DNA of 64,000 nucleotides. Source: Candidatus Bathyarchaeota archaeon (lineage in GTDB: Archaea; Thermoproteota; Bathyarchaeia; 40CM-2-53-6). Position 1 is the first letter of the stretch. The number at the start of each line of letters is the position of its first letter. Positions 29,537 to 39,227 of this stretch are shown here, piece after piece. The notes below the pieces were generated by a model that was not told the DNA's origin, did no database searches, and saw nothing but the letters and a program-made list of their open reading frames with translations. The stretch lies in contig CAVTBR010000002.1 in NCBI GenBank assembly GCA_963733055.1, positions 384,001-448,000 on the forward strand. The letters are read 5' to 3'. A program made the translations under genes and the position numbers.

Positions 29537-30106
29537 TCACTGGCTCAAGGCTTGGGGGAACTTCTCGATCATTATTGTTGCCCATGGAGCGATCTTGAGC
29601 GGCTCAAGCTTGTTCGTGAACTCACTGCTGCTCACCCACATCGAAGATAGTAGTTCGATCGGGTTTAGGACGGGTTTCTCGTTTGTCGATAGGACCCCTA
29701 CTCCGCATATCTCACGTTCACTCAACCTAAACGTAGGGGAGGTTTTCGGGTTGGGGTATGTTGGGTCGGGGGTGTGGTATTGGAATTTGCCCAGATACTC
29801 GATCTCGCCGGCTTTAGCCTCGATCTCCAACTCCTCGTGCACTTCGTTGACCATTTGAGTAATGTAACCTGTCTGTCCCCACTTCGGATGTCCTGCGAGG
29901 GTTATGTCCCAGAAACCCGGGAAGGGCGGAGGAAAGCCCAAGTCAGGTCTTACGATAGAACGTTGAGTAAGCAGTATTCGGTCATCGTTCTTGACAACCA
30001 CCACCAGCCCCCTGTGAAGAATCCCATCGCCCAAGTGAGCCTTCAGCCGCTCAACAGGGCCTATCACGTTGTCCTGCTCATCAACTTGTGTCAGTTGCTC
30101 GGTCAT
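29537..30106 (-). CDS. NUDIX hydrolase, type-1 IPP isomerase-like
   Basis: VDEQDNVIG...AH...LHRG...LLTQRS...FPGFWD...GHP; EREIC. Confidence 0.75.
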   Translation of the reverse strand: MTEQLTQVDEQDNVIGPVERLKAHLGDGILHRGLVVVVKNDDRILLTQRSIVRPDLGFPPPFPGFWDITLAGHPKWGQTGYITQMVNEVHEELEIEAKAGEIEYLGKFQYHTPDPTYPNPKTSPTFRLSEREICGVGVLSTNEKPVLNPIELLSSMWVSSSEFTNKLEPLKIAPWATIMIEKFPQALSQ

Positions 30107-30249
30107 TTGAGAACGAACTCTTCGAGTCGAGAGTTAAGCATTTACGGGCAAGAGGAATTGTCCCGCGAACACTTGACCGAATCTAGCCTTCGCTAGATCC
30201 CTTGTTGGGTTATGTTGAAGGCGTTAATTCGGAAACATGAATCGAAGTG

Positions 30250-30702
30250 CTAAGCGACGATTTCGATTGGGTGTTCGAGTACCGTCATAACGCCGGTCTT
30301 TCGGCCCAGAGTAAGTTGGATTTCGCCTCTATAGCTTCTTACTCTCGCGTTCTGGATCTGCACTATATCGCCCTGGGAGACCGTGTCGATTTGGTTGTTC
30401 CATATGGCCAACGGAATTTCTCCCGTGCCGTCTGATAGGGTTACGTCACAGACTAGGAGTGGGTTTCCGTCCTTTGAGGTTACAGCCCGGACTTGGGACT
30501 TCTTTATCACCGTGGCTTTGAAGGAGACTCCGCTCAATCCAAGTTTTAGATTACCGATCGAGCTTACGGTATTCGCGTCCAACTTCTTTGCACTACGCGG
30601 CTCGCTTGCCTTCATGTATCCCTCTGGCAGCCTCTCCAGTTTCCGAATAGAATCGTTCTGCAGAGTCGCTTGCGCCAATGGCCGTCCTTTAAGGGAGAAC
30701 AT
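30250..30702 (-). CDS. OB-fold ssDNA-binding (RPA/SSB-like) protein
   Basis: LSDGTGEIPLAIWN...GDIVQIQNARV..YRGEIQL. The frame stays open upstream to 30912. Confidence 0.85.
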   Translation of the reverse strand: MFSLKGRPLAQATLQNDSIRKLERLPEGYMKASEPRSAKKLDANTVSSIGNLKLGLSGVSFKATVIKKSQVRAVTSKDGNPLLVCDVTLSDGTGEIPLAIWNNQIDTVSQGDIVQIQNARVRSYRGEIQLTLGRKTGVMTVLEHPIEIVA

Positions 30703-31070
30703 GTATGTGGAGGATTGTTCCCCACGTGAGCGAATTTCGATTCGAACCGTTCCGCACTGCGCGTTGCCCCTCTTCCTGGTGGCTAGTAGTGATGCGTGCA
30801 GGGTACTTGGTGTCAGGTCATGCTTCCTAGCGAATTGAATCAGATAACTGAGATCCCTATCTTGGCCATGCCCTCTCGGCCCCGATACGTATTGTAATGC
30901 TGCTATGATGGCTCAACCAGGGCCCAATAGGGCTTCATCCGTAATAAAGCCCCCCCTATTTGCTCTCAAAAAGAGCGCATTTCCTCAGGCCCCGCAGTCG
31001 CGTTTGGCAGAGAACATAGATACTAGGTACGTGAATGTGCAGGCTAGCAAATTTAGCGCAGATGATTGTT

Positions 31071-31259
31071 ATGGCAAGTTCAGTTGGGGAGAAGAATTCA
31101 TTCGACGAAGCGGCGCTGGTCGCGGCAGAGGAACTCAAGAAACTGCCCACCGAACAGGTGAAGGTTGTGGCTGATTGGTGGGCCAAGCATTACATGTCAG
31201 CCGGCCACAAGAGGCTGGGCAGACTACTCGTAGCCATATCGAAAGGCAAACAGATCTGA
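31071..31259 (+). CDS. Small conserved-looking hypothetical protein
   Basis: VADWWAKHYMSAGHKRLGRLLV; ATG 31071 preferred. Confidence 0.6.
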   Translation: MASSVGEKNSFDEAALVAAEELKKLPTEQVKVVADWWAKHYMSAGHKRLGRLLVAISKGKQI

Positions 31260-31463
31260 CCCTTCAATGGGACATGTACCTGTTCCCTGCGGATCATGGA
31301 CATATCCCACCACAACGCGAGTTCGAGTGAACTGAAACAGAAGTTCCGCTCGCGGAGATCCTACAACGGAGTGAGCACTGGCCTAGTTCTGTTCGTATGA
31401 AGATTTTGATTTCCAACTACGTTTATTATTCCAACCAAACCTTGCGCAGTTTGGTCCTCGAAT

Positions 31464-32891
31464 TTGGAGGAAGAGATCGCACGTGAAGCTGTTGACCAAG
31501 CCCTCCGCTTGGGGGCAAACTATGCGGAAGCTCGAGTTCAACGCGACTTAGGCCACACGTTCACTTTGAAGAATGGCGCGGCCGAACCGATTAACGTTAC
31601 GAGAAAGCTTGGTGTAGGAATCAGGGTTATCGTTGATGGGGCACTCGGTTTCGCATCAACCAACAGCCTGAACAAAGACCAAGTACGCTCCACAACCGAG
31701 TCGGCAGTTAGAACCGCCAAAGCCTCAAAACGTCTAGTAACTTCGCCCATTCGCCTTTCCCAAGAGAAAAGTTGGGAAGACAAATGGGAGGCAAAGATGA
31801 AAGTTGATGTCCGAGGAGTTTCCCCGGAAGAAAAGTACGAACTCTTATTCACAATCGAGAAGAGCCTGACTCCCGAGAACGTTCACGTGTCGCTCCCCTC
31901 CAGAATTCTAGTGTTTGATGAAGACCTGACCGAGAAATTCTACGTTAACAGTGAAGGCTCGAAGCTTCACGGTTTCATCCCCCGCCTCAGTCTACTCTTC
32001 TTCCTCACCGCCCAAGAACCTGGGAAGGGAGTAGTGCAACGCCTACACCATGAGGCTCAAAGCCGCGGCTGGGAGGTGGTTAAGGATTGGAAGCCGGAGG
32101 AAATCGCGGCTAACGATGCCAAGATGCTTGGAAGGCTTCTCAGGGAAGGAGTCCCGCCTCCAAAAGGCGAGATAGACATGGTCTTGGGGCCCGAAGTGAC
32201 CGGAATCATATGCCACGAATCATGCGGCCACCCACAGGAGGCGGACCGAATCCTAGGCCGCGAAGCTGCACAGGCCGGAGAATCCTACCTCAAACCGGAC
32301 ATGATTGGGCATAAGGTTGGATCGGAACACGTTACAATAATCGACGACCCCACACTCCCAAACTCGTACGGATTCTACCTCTACGACGATGAGGGCGTTA
32401 AGGCACGACCGAGGGTACTGATTAACGAGGGCTTGATTGCATCTTTCCTGCAAAACCGAGAGACCGCAGCTGAACTTGGCGGGATGAGTAACGGCGCGTC
32501 ACGCTCCTCCTCCTACGACCGTGAACCCATAATCCGAATGGCCAACACGTACATGAAACCCGGCAACCACAGCCTCGAGGAACTCCTCGAGGGCGTGGGG
32601 AACGGGGTTTACATGAAGAACTTCATGGAGTGGAATATTGACGACCGACGCTACAACCAACGATACGTTGGATTAGAAGCGTATCTAATCGAGAATGGGC
32701 AAATCACCACACCCCTCAGAAACCCGATTCTAGAAATCACAACCCCCGGCCTCTATGGCAGCGTCGACGCAGTAGGGAAGGAGGTGGAGTATGCGGGTGC
32801 TACTTGCGGTAAGGGTGATCCGATGCAAGGCGCTCCCGTATGGACTGGAGGCCCACCAATTCGTCTGCGTAAGATTAGGCTTGGAGGTTGA
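31464..32891 (+). CDS. tldD: TldD metalloprotease subunit
   Basis: HESCGHPQE zinc motif, YDDEGV, RMANTY and CGKG. Confidence 0.93.
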   Translation: MEEEIAREAVDQALRLGANYAEARVQRDLGHTFTLKNGAAEPINVTRKLGVGIRVIVDGALGFASTNSLNKDQVRSTTESAVRTAKASKRLVTSPIRLSQEKSWEDKWEAKMKVDVRGVSPEEKYELLFTIEKSLTPENVHVSLPSRILVFDEDLTEKFYVNSEGSKLHGFIPRLSLLFFLTAQEPGKGVVQRLHHEAQSRGWEVVKDWKPEEIAANDAKMLGRLLREGVPPPKGEIDMVLGPEVTGIICHESCGHPQEADRILGREAAQAGESYLKPDMIGHKVGSEHVTIIDDPTLPNSYGFYLYDDEGVKARPRVLINEGLIASFLQNRETAAELGGMSNGASRSSSYDREPIIRMANTYMKPGNHSLEELLEGVGNGVYMKNFMEWNIDDRRYNQRYVGLEAYLIENGQITTPLRNPILEITTPGLYGSVDAVGKEVEYAGATCGKGDPMQGAPVWTGGPPIRLRKIRLGG

Positions 32892-32897
32892 ATCGAC

Positions 32898-34250
32898 ATG
32901 AACCCACACGACGCCATGAAACAGATTCTCACCACCGCGCAAAAACAAGGAGTGCAGTCAACCGCGGCGGGCTTCACTCGCATGCACAAGCGCATGGTTC
33001 GCTTCAGCAACAATACGATAACGATCACAAACAGCTGGCTTACCGAAACCCCAACGGTCTACCTCGTATCCAACAAGAGGAGAGCATCATGCATGATCGA
33101 GGAACAGAACCCCGAGAGTCTGAAGGCAGTCGTTGAAGAACTAGCGAAGACGATGAAAGTAACCCCCGAGGGCGACGTTGACTTCACCCTCCCACAGGGG
33201 CCGTTCAAGTATCAACCAATCCAGGGAACTTACGACGAGAAAATAGCCCAAGGCGAAAAGGAGCTAATCGACGCCGTGGAGACCGGAGTAAACGCCGCCA
33301 GGAAGGAAGGGGCGTTGCGGGTTTCTGGAGTAGTCACATCGAACACTCGGGAAAGGTACGTTTCCACATCGACCGGAGCCGAAGGTTCCGATAAGAGCAC
33401 AGAGATTGAGATGACGATCCGCGCGTTCGCGAGTGACGACGCAAGCGGCCAGGGGATAACAGTCGCTCCGAACCTGCAGCAGTTTAACCCTGAAGAGGCC
33501 GGGAGAAGCGCGGGACGCATAGCGAAAATGGCGCTTAACTCTGAACCCGGCCAGGCTGGGAAATACAACGTCGTCTTTGCTCCCTCAATATTCGCGAACC
33601 TACTAAACCGCGTAGCTGATTCAACCTCAGCCTACACAGTAGAGTTAGGGTTCTCATTCTTCGGAGACATGCTGAAACGCAAAGTTGCTTCCGAAGCCTT
33701 CACCCTCCACGACAACAGTCGCCTTCCATTCGGCCCAGGATCTACAACCCTAGACGATGAAGGATACCCCACCCAAGACAACGCCCTGATCGAAAAGGGC
33801 GTTCTAGAAAACTACCTACACACATCCTACACGGCAACAAAACACAAAGCACCGCTCACAGGGAGCGCCCGATTTGAAGCGGGCATCGGAGGCATGGTAC
33901 CCACAGCTCGCAACATCATTCTCAAATCTGGGGAGAGTTCGCTCGAAGACTTATTCGACAAAGCCCATGACGGACTTTACATCACTAACAATTGGTACAC
34001 ACGCTTCCAAAACTACCAGACAGGCGACTTCTCAACCATAACCCGGGACGGCGTATTTGAAATCAAGAACGGGAAACTTACCCACGCCGTGAAAGGATTG
34101 CGATTGAGCGATAACATGCTCCGCATAATCCAATCAGTCAAAGCACTCTCGAAGCAACAACATTGGATTAGATGGTGGGAGGTCGACACCCCGACCCTAA
34201 CACCCTACGCCCTCGTCGAAGACGTGGGAATAACTACCGCGAAGAAGTAA
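32898..34250 (+). CDS. pmbA: PmbA/TldE subunit
   Basis: TldD/PmbA fold (DDEGYP, TGDFST) without HExxH; coupled to tldD. Confidence 0.88.
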   Translation: MNPHDAMKQILTTAQKQGVQSTAAGFTRMHKRMVRFSNNTITITNSWLTETPTVYLVSNKRRASCMIEEQNPESLKAVVEELAKTMKVTPEGDVDFTLPQGPFKYQPIQGTYDEKIAQGEKELIDAVETGVNAARKEGALRVSGVVTSNTRERYVSTSTGAEGSDKSTEIEMTIRAFASDDASGQGITVAPNLQQFNPEEAGRSAGRIAKMALNSEPGQAGKYNVVFAPSIFANLLNRVADSTSAYTVELGFSFFGDMLKRKVASEAFTLHDNSRLPFGPGSTTLDDEGYPTQDNALIEKGVLENYLHTSYTATKHKAPLTGSARFEAGIGGMVPTARNIILKSGESSLEDLFDKAHDGLYITNNWYTRFQNYQTGDFSTITRDGVFEIKNGKLTHAVKGLRLSDNMLRIIQSVKALSKQQHWIRWWEVDTPTLTPYALVEDVGITTAKK

Positions 34251-34551
34251 CTAGGCCGAAAGCCGACCTTTGGAACGTCTGGTGGGCCTCGGGACCCAAT
34301 TGCATCTTCGCTTGAGCTTTGAGTTCGTACTCTATTCCCCAAGGGTACTCTAGGATCACGAGCTTGAGGTAGCCGCCGGCAATGAGTCTAGTTATGGCGG
34401 AGAGAGTCTCGTGCCGGTCGGCGTCAACAAGCCCCACAATTCGCTCTAATGTTAACTGTCCCTCGTTTAGCAACCGCAGTATTTGCTGATCAACCCGGTT
34501 GAGTTGTTCCAAACGGGTTGGAACTTCTAACTTCTGGGCCATCGACATCAC
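34234..34551 (-). CDS. Small winged-helix protein
   Basis: DQQILRLLNEGQLTLERI...AITRLIAGGYL. Confidence 0.6.
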   Translation of the reverse strand: MMSMAQKLEVPTRLEQLNRVDQQILRLLNEGQLTLERIVGLVDADRHETLSAITRLIAGGYLKLVILEYPWGIEYELKAQAKMQLGPEAHQTFQRSAFGLVTSSR

Positions 34552-34766
34552 CTTGCCACCGGCAACTTGAACTGAAGGTTGCTGTAGGCCTGCCGTACCG
34601 CGAAGCTCTCTTCGAAACGCCTTTCCTCAGTAGTCGATTCCCAGCGTCGGCCGAAACCAGTCTTCAGGCTCACTTCGATTGTCTTTGCTTGCACGAGCAT
34701 ACTGCCCACCGTGCTCGTGAAGAGGTTGAGTATTCCCGTCCAGTGGACCAATCTATCACGGAACAT
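34548..34766 (-). CDS. Small hypothetical protein
   Basis: 72-aa ORF overlapping the next gene by 4 nt. Confidence 0.4.
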   Translation of the reverse strand: MFRDRLVHWTGILNLFTSTVGSMLVQAKTIEVSLKTGFGRRWESTTEERRFEESFAVRQAYSNLQFKLPVAR

Positions 34767-34832
34767 TTCATCATCACCGAAGCGATGATTGGGTATTTTT
34801 CCAATTAAAGGCAGGGCACGTTACTAGGATCG

Positions 34833-34853
34833 CATCTTGTAACTCACAAGATG
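34833..34853. promoter_or_regulatory. Perfect inverted repeat, candidate operator
   Basis: CATCTTGT-N5-ACAAGATG in the intergenic region upstream of the wHTH operon. Confidence 0.4.
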
Positions 34854-34955
34854 TGATTACGTCAGAGGTCTGAGGCTTGGAGGGTCCAGGAAGATTGGCT
34901 CGTGAGTTCGATCATGGGTAACTCATAATCGCGCTTTCGACGTATCGGAGGAATC

Positions 34956-35684
34956 TTAGCGTTTCAACAATTCTAGTGTCGCTTTCATCTCATCATTGAA
35001 GACAACCCGGCGTAACCTCGTATCCGCACTCTGTCCTTTGAACGATCGTACTCTAATCGTGTTGATGATTTCGCCGTCATATTCCGCGAGCTTGATCTCC
35101 ACGACCGCATCCGAGACCATTTTCATCTCCTGGTAGAAGCTCGGCGGATGAAGGTCGGTGGCAAATCCAGCGAACATTATCGCGCCTTGACTCCTCCATA
35201 CGCCAATTGCCTTCCTCGAGAACTTCGCGAACACATTCTCCTGGTTGAAGGCGATTTGGGAAAGGGATTCCCAAACTACTAGGCTTCCGGCAGGCCATTG
35301 CGGAGCGGACTGTTGCATGGCTATGGATAGTTCATTTAGGTTTGCGCTCTCGGCTTGGTACCTTTCAGCCGTCTTTGCACCGGCCTGCGCCGAGTAGGTG
35401 TCGAACAATACAACCGAATCCTTCGCCTCATAATCTCTGATGCTCAACTCCAATCGGTCAAACCGCTGCCTGAGCTCAGCAACTGGTTGGTTAGTGGAAA
35501 AATAGAGCACATCTCCACCCGCCCTGAGGTATTCGGCGGATACGTTGACGAAGAGAGCCGTCGCTTGTGAATCGGGATCGTAGAGCATGAGAATCGCTCT
35601 ACCGAGCGGAACCTCCCCAAGAAGCTCAGATAGAATCGGAATCTTAGCGCTTCGTGACTGCAACCGACTACTCTGTTCTTCCAT
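34956..35684 (-). CDS. RAD55/KaiC-like RecA-fold protein, degenerate Walker A
   Basis: IPILSELLGEVPLGRAILMLYDP; SDAVVEIK...IRVRSFKG. Paralog of 25331-26110. Confidence 0.75.
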   Translation of the reverse strand: MEEQSSRLQSRSAKIPILSELLGEVPLGRAILMLYDPDSQATALFVNVSAEYLRAGGDVLYFSTNQPVAELRQRFDRLELSIRDYEAKDSVVLFDTYSAQAGAKTAERYQAESANLNELSIAMQQSAPQWPAGSLVVWESLSQIAFNQENVFAKFSRKAIGVWRSQGAIMFAGFATDLHPPSFYQEMKMVSDAVVEIKLAEYDGEIINTIRVRSFKGQSADTRLRRVVFNDEMKATLELLKR

Positions 35685-35881
35685 GAAGAGATGACAACCT
35701 CGCGTTCTTCAACTAATTGCTTAGACGGATAGAAATGCTTAGCTGGCCGTCAATCGGGCAAACAGATGATGGTAGTTCTCTTTGATATCGAACGTTGCTC
35801 AGCGCTGACCCGGTGTATGATTCGTTCATTTTCTTTATCTTGCGCCGCGTCCCCGTTTCGTTAGCGCTTAGGTGAGAAGAG

Positions 35882-37282
35882 TTGAACCAACGCCTCCTCG
35901 GGGTTACCCTGTTAGTCACCAGCATTTTGTTCGGTGCGGCCTACGTACCATCCGTTCCCGCGCAGCAAACTGCGCCCCAAGTCCCAGCTGAATACGCCCA
36001 GCTTTACTCAACCCTTCAGACTCAGCTGGACAATTACTCTGCCTACCTCTCAAGCATAGACACCCACGCCCACTACCCCGTGATCTTCGGCACGGAACTC
36101 CTGGCGGCTAACGGGAACCGTGGGACGGCACTGTTAGCACCCGGAACCCTGCAGGGAGTGATCCTCTACTTGAACCGCCTCCAAGAGATGGGCATACGCG
36201 GAGTAACCGTTGAAATCGGGTACCCGCTCTACACCCCGAGCTTCCCCAACTACCAGAATTACGTGCAATTCTACAAACAGGTCGCGCAGGAGGTCAGGAA
36301 CCGAGGAATGAAGCTTAACGTAGAATCATCGGTAATGTTTGCCAACACACCTTTTTCAGGAGTCACTTTCAACTACGCGAGCATACCCTGGACCCAGTTC
36401 GAAGCCGAAAGAAAGCAGATGCTTCAGACGATCATTCAAGACTTGCAGCCGGATTACCTGAACTTTGGTGCAGAACCCGACACTGAATACAAGCTCACGG
36501 GCTACACACAGTTCAACTCTCCGGACCAATACGTTGCGTACGTCAACTACATCCTCACGGGATTAAATCGTGGACAAACGTTAGTCGGGTCGGGTGTCGG
36601 AACCTGGGGCAACCTACAGTACGCTCAGGACGATGCGGCAAACACAACTCTGGATTACATTGTCACCCACGTCTACCCAATCGTGGGCCAAGCATCAATG
36701 CAACAGATCCTCACCATCGCAAACATCGCGAAGCAGCACAACAAGAGGGTAGTGCTTGACGAGGCTTGGCTGAGCAAGGCTGACACGCTTCAACCAACCA
36801 GCATAGCCGACCTAACCACCCTCTACGGCCTTGACACTTTCAGCTTCTGGGCACCCCTAGATCAGAAGTTTCTCGCAAACATCGTGAAGTCCGCACAGAT
36901 CACGAACATTGAATACATCTCACCCTTCTGGTCAACCTACTTCTTCTCCTACCTAGATTACAACTCAACAACCTCCCAAGCCTCATACGATCAACTCCGG
37001 CAAATGGACAACCAACAAGCATACGCTAACGTGCTAGCCGATCAATTCTCATCAACCGGCCGATACTACGCACAACTCGCCGGAGCCTCACTGCCAGAAT
37101 CCAAGATGCAGCAGGCGAGTACTAACTCAACAAGTCCGAGTACGAACAAGACATGGAGTATCCCAGGTTTCCCGTTAGAATCCATCTTAGCCGGATTGGC
37201 GGTCGGCTTCGTACTCCTTTGCGTAATTGGCCGTCGCAAGACATTCGGTAGGCCTAAGCCGACTTCTCTATCAGGTTGGTAG
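35882..37282 (+). CDS. Secreted TIM-barrel/glycoside-hydrolase-like surface protein with PGF-type C-terminal anchor
   Basis: Signal peptide; AEP, HVYP and VLDEAW (clan GH-A-like); IPGFPLES + TM + RRK. Confidence 0.65.
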   Translation: MNQRLLGVTLLVTSILFGAAYVPSVPAQQTAPQVPAEYAQLYSTLQTQLDNYSAYLSSIDTHAHYPVIFGTELLAANGNRGTALLAPGTLQGVILYLNRLQEMGIRGVTVEIGYPLYTPSFPNYQNYVQFYKQVAQEVRNRGMKLNVESSVMFANTPFSGVTFNYASIPWTQFEAERKQMLQTIIQDLQPDYLNFGAEPDTEYKLTGYTQFNSPDQYVAYVNYILTGLNRGQTLVGSGVGTWGNLQYAQDDAANTTLDYIVTHVYPIVGQASMQQILTIANIAKQHNKRVVLDEAWLSKADTLQPTSIADLTTLYGLDTFSFWAPLDQKFLANIVKSAQITNIEYISPFWSTYFFSYLDYNSTTSQASYDQLRQMDNQQAYANVLADQFSSTGRYYAQLAGASLPESKMQQASTNSTSPSTNKTWSIPGFPLESILAGLAVGFVLLCVIGRRKTFGRPKPTSLSGW

Positions 37283-37335
37283 GAGAGACACCAAAAAAGA
37301 AAAGAAAGGAAGTTCCAGAATGCAATTGTTTGTGC

Positions 37336-37632
37336 TTAAGGGTAGCAGTATTGGTACATCCCTTGCATTTGCCGCTCGCCCATTTGGTTTCCTCTCATGT
37401 ATTGGTTCATGTATTGGCTGAATTGTTGGTACGCTCCATACGGCATCATCTGCCGGCGATTCATCATGCCCTCACCCATCATACCCTGACCATTCCTGTG
37501 GCCGCATTGGTTTCCTGCGGACGGCTGTTGCCACCCGTTTTGTTGCGGAGCTGCTAAGGCATAACCTTGCAATGCGAGAACCGCTGAAATAAGCACAATG
37601 AGGCCGAATGTCGCGGTTCGATTGGTATTCAT
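37336..37632 (-). CDS. Small secreted Met/Gln/Gly-rich protein
   Basis: Signal peptide then GMMGEGMMNRRQMM... Confidence 0.65.
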   Translation of the reverse strand: MNTNRTATFGLIVLISAVLALQGYALAAPQQNGWQQPSAGNQCGHRNGQGMMGEGMMNRRQMMPYGAYQQFSQYMNQYMRGNQMGERQMQGMYQYCYP

Positions 37633-37693
37633 GTTTCAGTTCACCTCCGTCTTCTGAGAAAGGTATAGTCTTGCAGCTGATTTGGACGTTCGG

Positions 37694-37732
37694 TGAAACC
37701 ATGATGGTTTCAAAAAGTGAAACCTTGAAACC
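37694..37732. promoter_or_regulatory. Candidate operator: TGAAACC palindrome plus direct repeats
   Basis: TGAAACCAT-G-ATGGTTTCA (37694-37712), plus TGAAACC at 37718 and 37726, upstream of the Met-rich secreted gene. Confidence 0.55.
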
Positions 37733-37752
37733 CTGTACCGATCTGGGTAGTT

Positions 37753-38289
37753 CTAAGGTTTCGCGTTTGCGGAATCCTTCAGCCATGCGGGAACGGTAAT
37801 TTCATTGGTCTTGCCAATCCTTCTTACCTGAATTACTCCACGTTCCGCGAGCCTAGCCACAACCCTATGGGTTCTCAATTTGCTTAGCCCCGTCTTGTAT
37901 GTAATGTCCTTCTGTAAACATTTGCCGCCAGCGCTTCTTAGCACCTCGAGCGCCGCCTTTTCGTCAGCTTTCAATACTCGCATGACAACCTCTAATGCGT
38001 CTGGCTCTAGCTTAGAGGAATGAGTCTGTGTCACGTGGGACGCAGATAATTTCATCTCGTCCGGTGTTGGCGTATACTCTATCGTGGGGTAGGCGAGCAC
38101 GTACACGATCACAAGGATGAGCACTATTCCCGAAAGGACGAGTGTACTGGGCCAGATCATGTAACCTCCAAACGTTGACCCCATCATACCGCCATTCATC
38201 ATGGACTGACGAGGCAGCAATGTCCCTGCAATAGAAGCAACTGCGACCAGCGCTGCGATAACGACAATTATGAAAAACCTCAGTCGCAT
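37753..38289 (-). CDS. Membrane-anchored winged-helix (MarR-like) regulator with Met-rich loop
   Basis: Two TMs flanking SMMNGGMMG; C-terminal LQKDI...TGLSKLRTHRVVARLAERGVI. Confidence 0.8.
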   Translation of the reverse strand: MRLRFFIIVVIAALVAVASIAGTLLPRQSMMNGGMMGSTFGGYMIWPSTLVLSGIVLILVIVYVLAYPTIEYTPTPDEMKLSASHVTQTHSSKLEPDALEVVMRVLKADEKAALEVLRSAGGKCLQKDITYKTGLSKLRTHRVVARLAERGVIQVRRIGKTNEITVPAWLKDSANAKP

Positions 38290-38438
38290 CAGAATCGCCT
38301 ACCACTAATCAGTTCGTGAGCAAAGAGTCAGGACAGCGGATGAGTCTGATTTACTTTTGTAGGATGCTAGGTGGTTTCCAGGTCAAGGCTGTAACAAACT
38401 GTTTGGTGAGTCGCTGAGTTTTATCTTGGGGTTTAAGT

Positions 38439-39185
38439 TCAAGTTGGAATTCCCGTTCGTTTTCTCGGCGAAACCTTCACGAGACTGCTCACCAGTGCCA
38501 GTCCAATAATTAGCGTAAAAAGAGCAGATGTGAATTCAGGTACGGGAGTTGGTTCGCTTATGGTTACGGTTTGAATGTATGATCCATGCCAGCTATGATA
38601 CCACACTTGACCGTTGTACCCGTTTACGCTGAGCATACCAGACGGCTTCCCGTTCGATAGTACATCCACGTTGTAGTATCCATAGAACGTATCTACATCC
38701 CCAGCCACAGTACCGCTGAAACTGCTGGCAAGATACTGTTGAGCTATGGCTTTCGCCTGTTCCCGTGTAACCGTCATGTTACTCGCGGGCGTTTGCTGAT
38801 AGATCCGCATCATTCCCCCCATCACACCATACCTCGTATTCCAGATCATGTTAGGGCCGGGTTCCGGCATCACGACGCCGCTCATCATCCCATTACCCAT
38901 CATTCCACCCGTCCAAATAGAACCAGGCTTCCAGATGATCATCTGAAAGGCGAAAACGCCTGTGCTCTTCTCATAATATGTGGCGTAGAAATTGTTCGTG
39001 TACTCCTCAACCTCGTGAAGAGCCAGGTTCGGATTCGCTAGTCTGGTCAAGTAGCTCTCGAACAACTGCACTGCGCTATCCATGGTCATCGTCTGGCTCT
39101 GCGCGTGTACCGCCGCGAAAAGATTGGACAGGACAATAGCCACCAACAGGACTGACAAAATATTCAGAGATTTCAAGCCTGTCAC
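38439..39185 (-). CDS. Secreted PepSY-like Met-rich protein with PEF-type C-terminal anchor
   Basis: Signal peptide, GGMMGNGMM, PEPGPNMIWNTRYG, FYGYY...GMLSVNGYNGQVWYHSWHG; VPEF + TM + RKR. Confidence 0.75.
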   Translation of the reverse strand: MTGLKSLNILSVLLVAIVLSNLFAAVHAQSQTMTMDSAVQLFESYLTRLANPNLALHEVEEYTNNFYATYYEKSTGVFAFQMIIWKPGSIWTGGMMGNGMMSGVVMPEPGPNMIWNTRYGVMGGMMRIYQQTPASNMTVTREQAKAIAQQYLASSFSGTVAGDVDTFYGYYNVDVLSNGKPSGMLSVNGYNGQVWYHSWHGSYIQTVTISEPTPVPEFTSALFTLIIGLALVSSLVKVSPRKRTGIPT

Positions 39186-39227
39186 ATGCTCACCGCAAGT
39201 TAGGGGTTTAGTCTCAATATAACCGAG

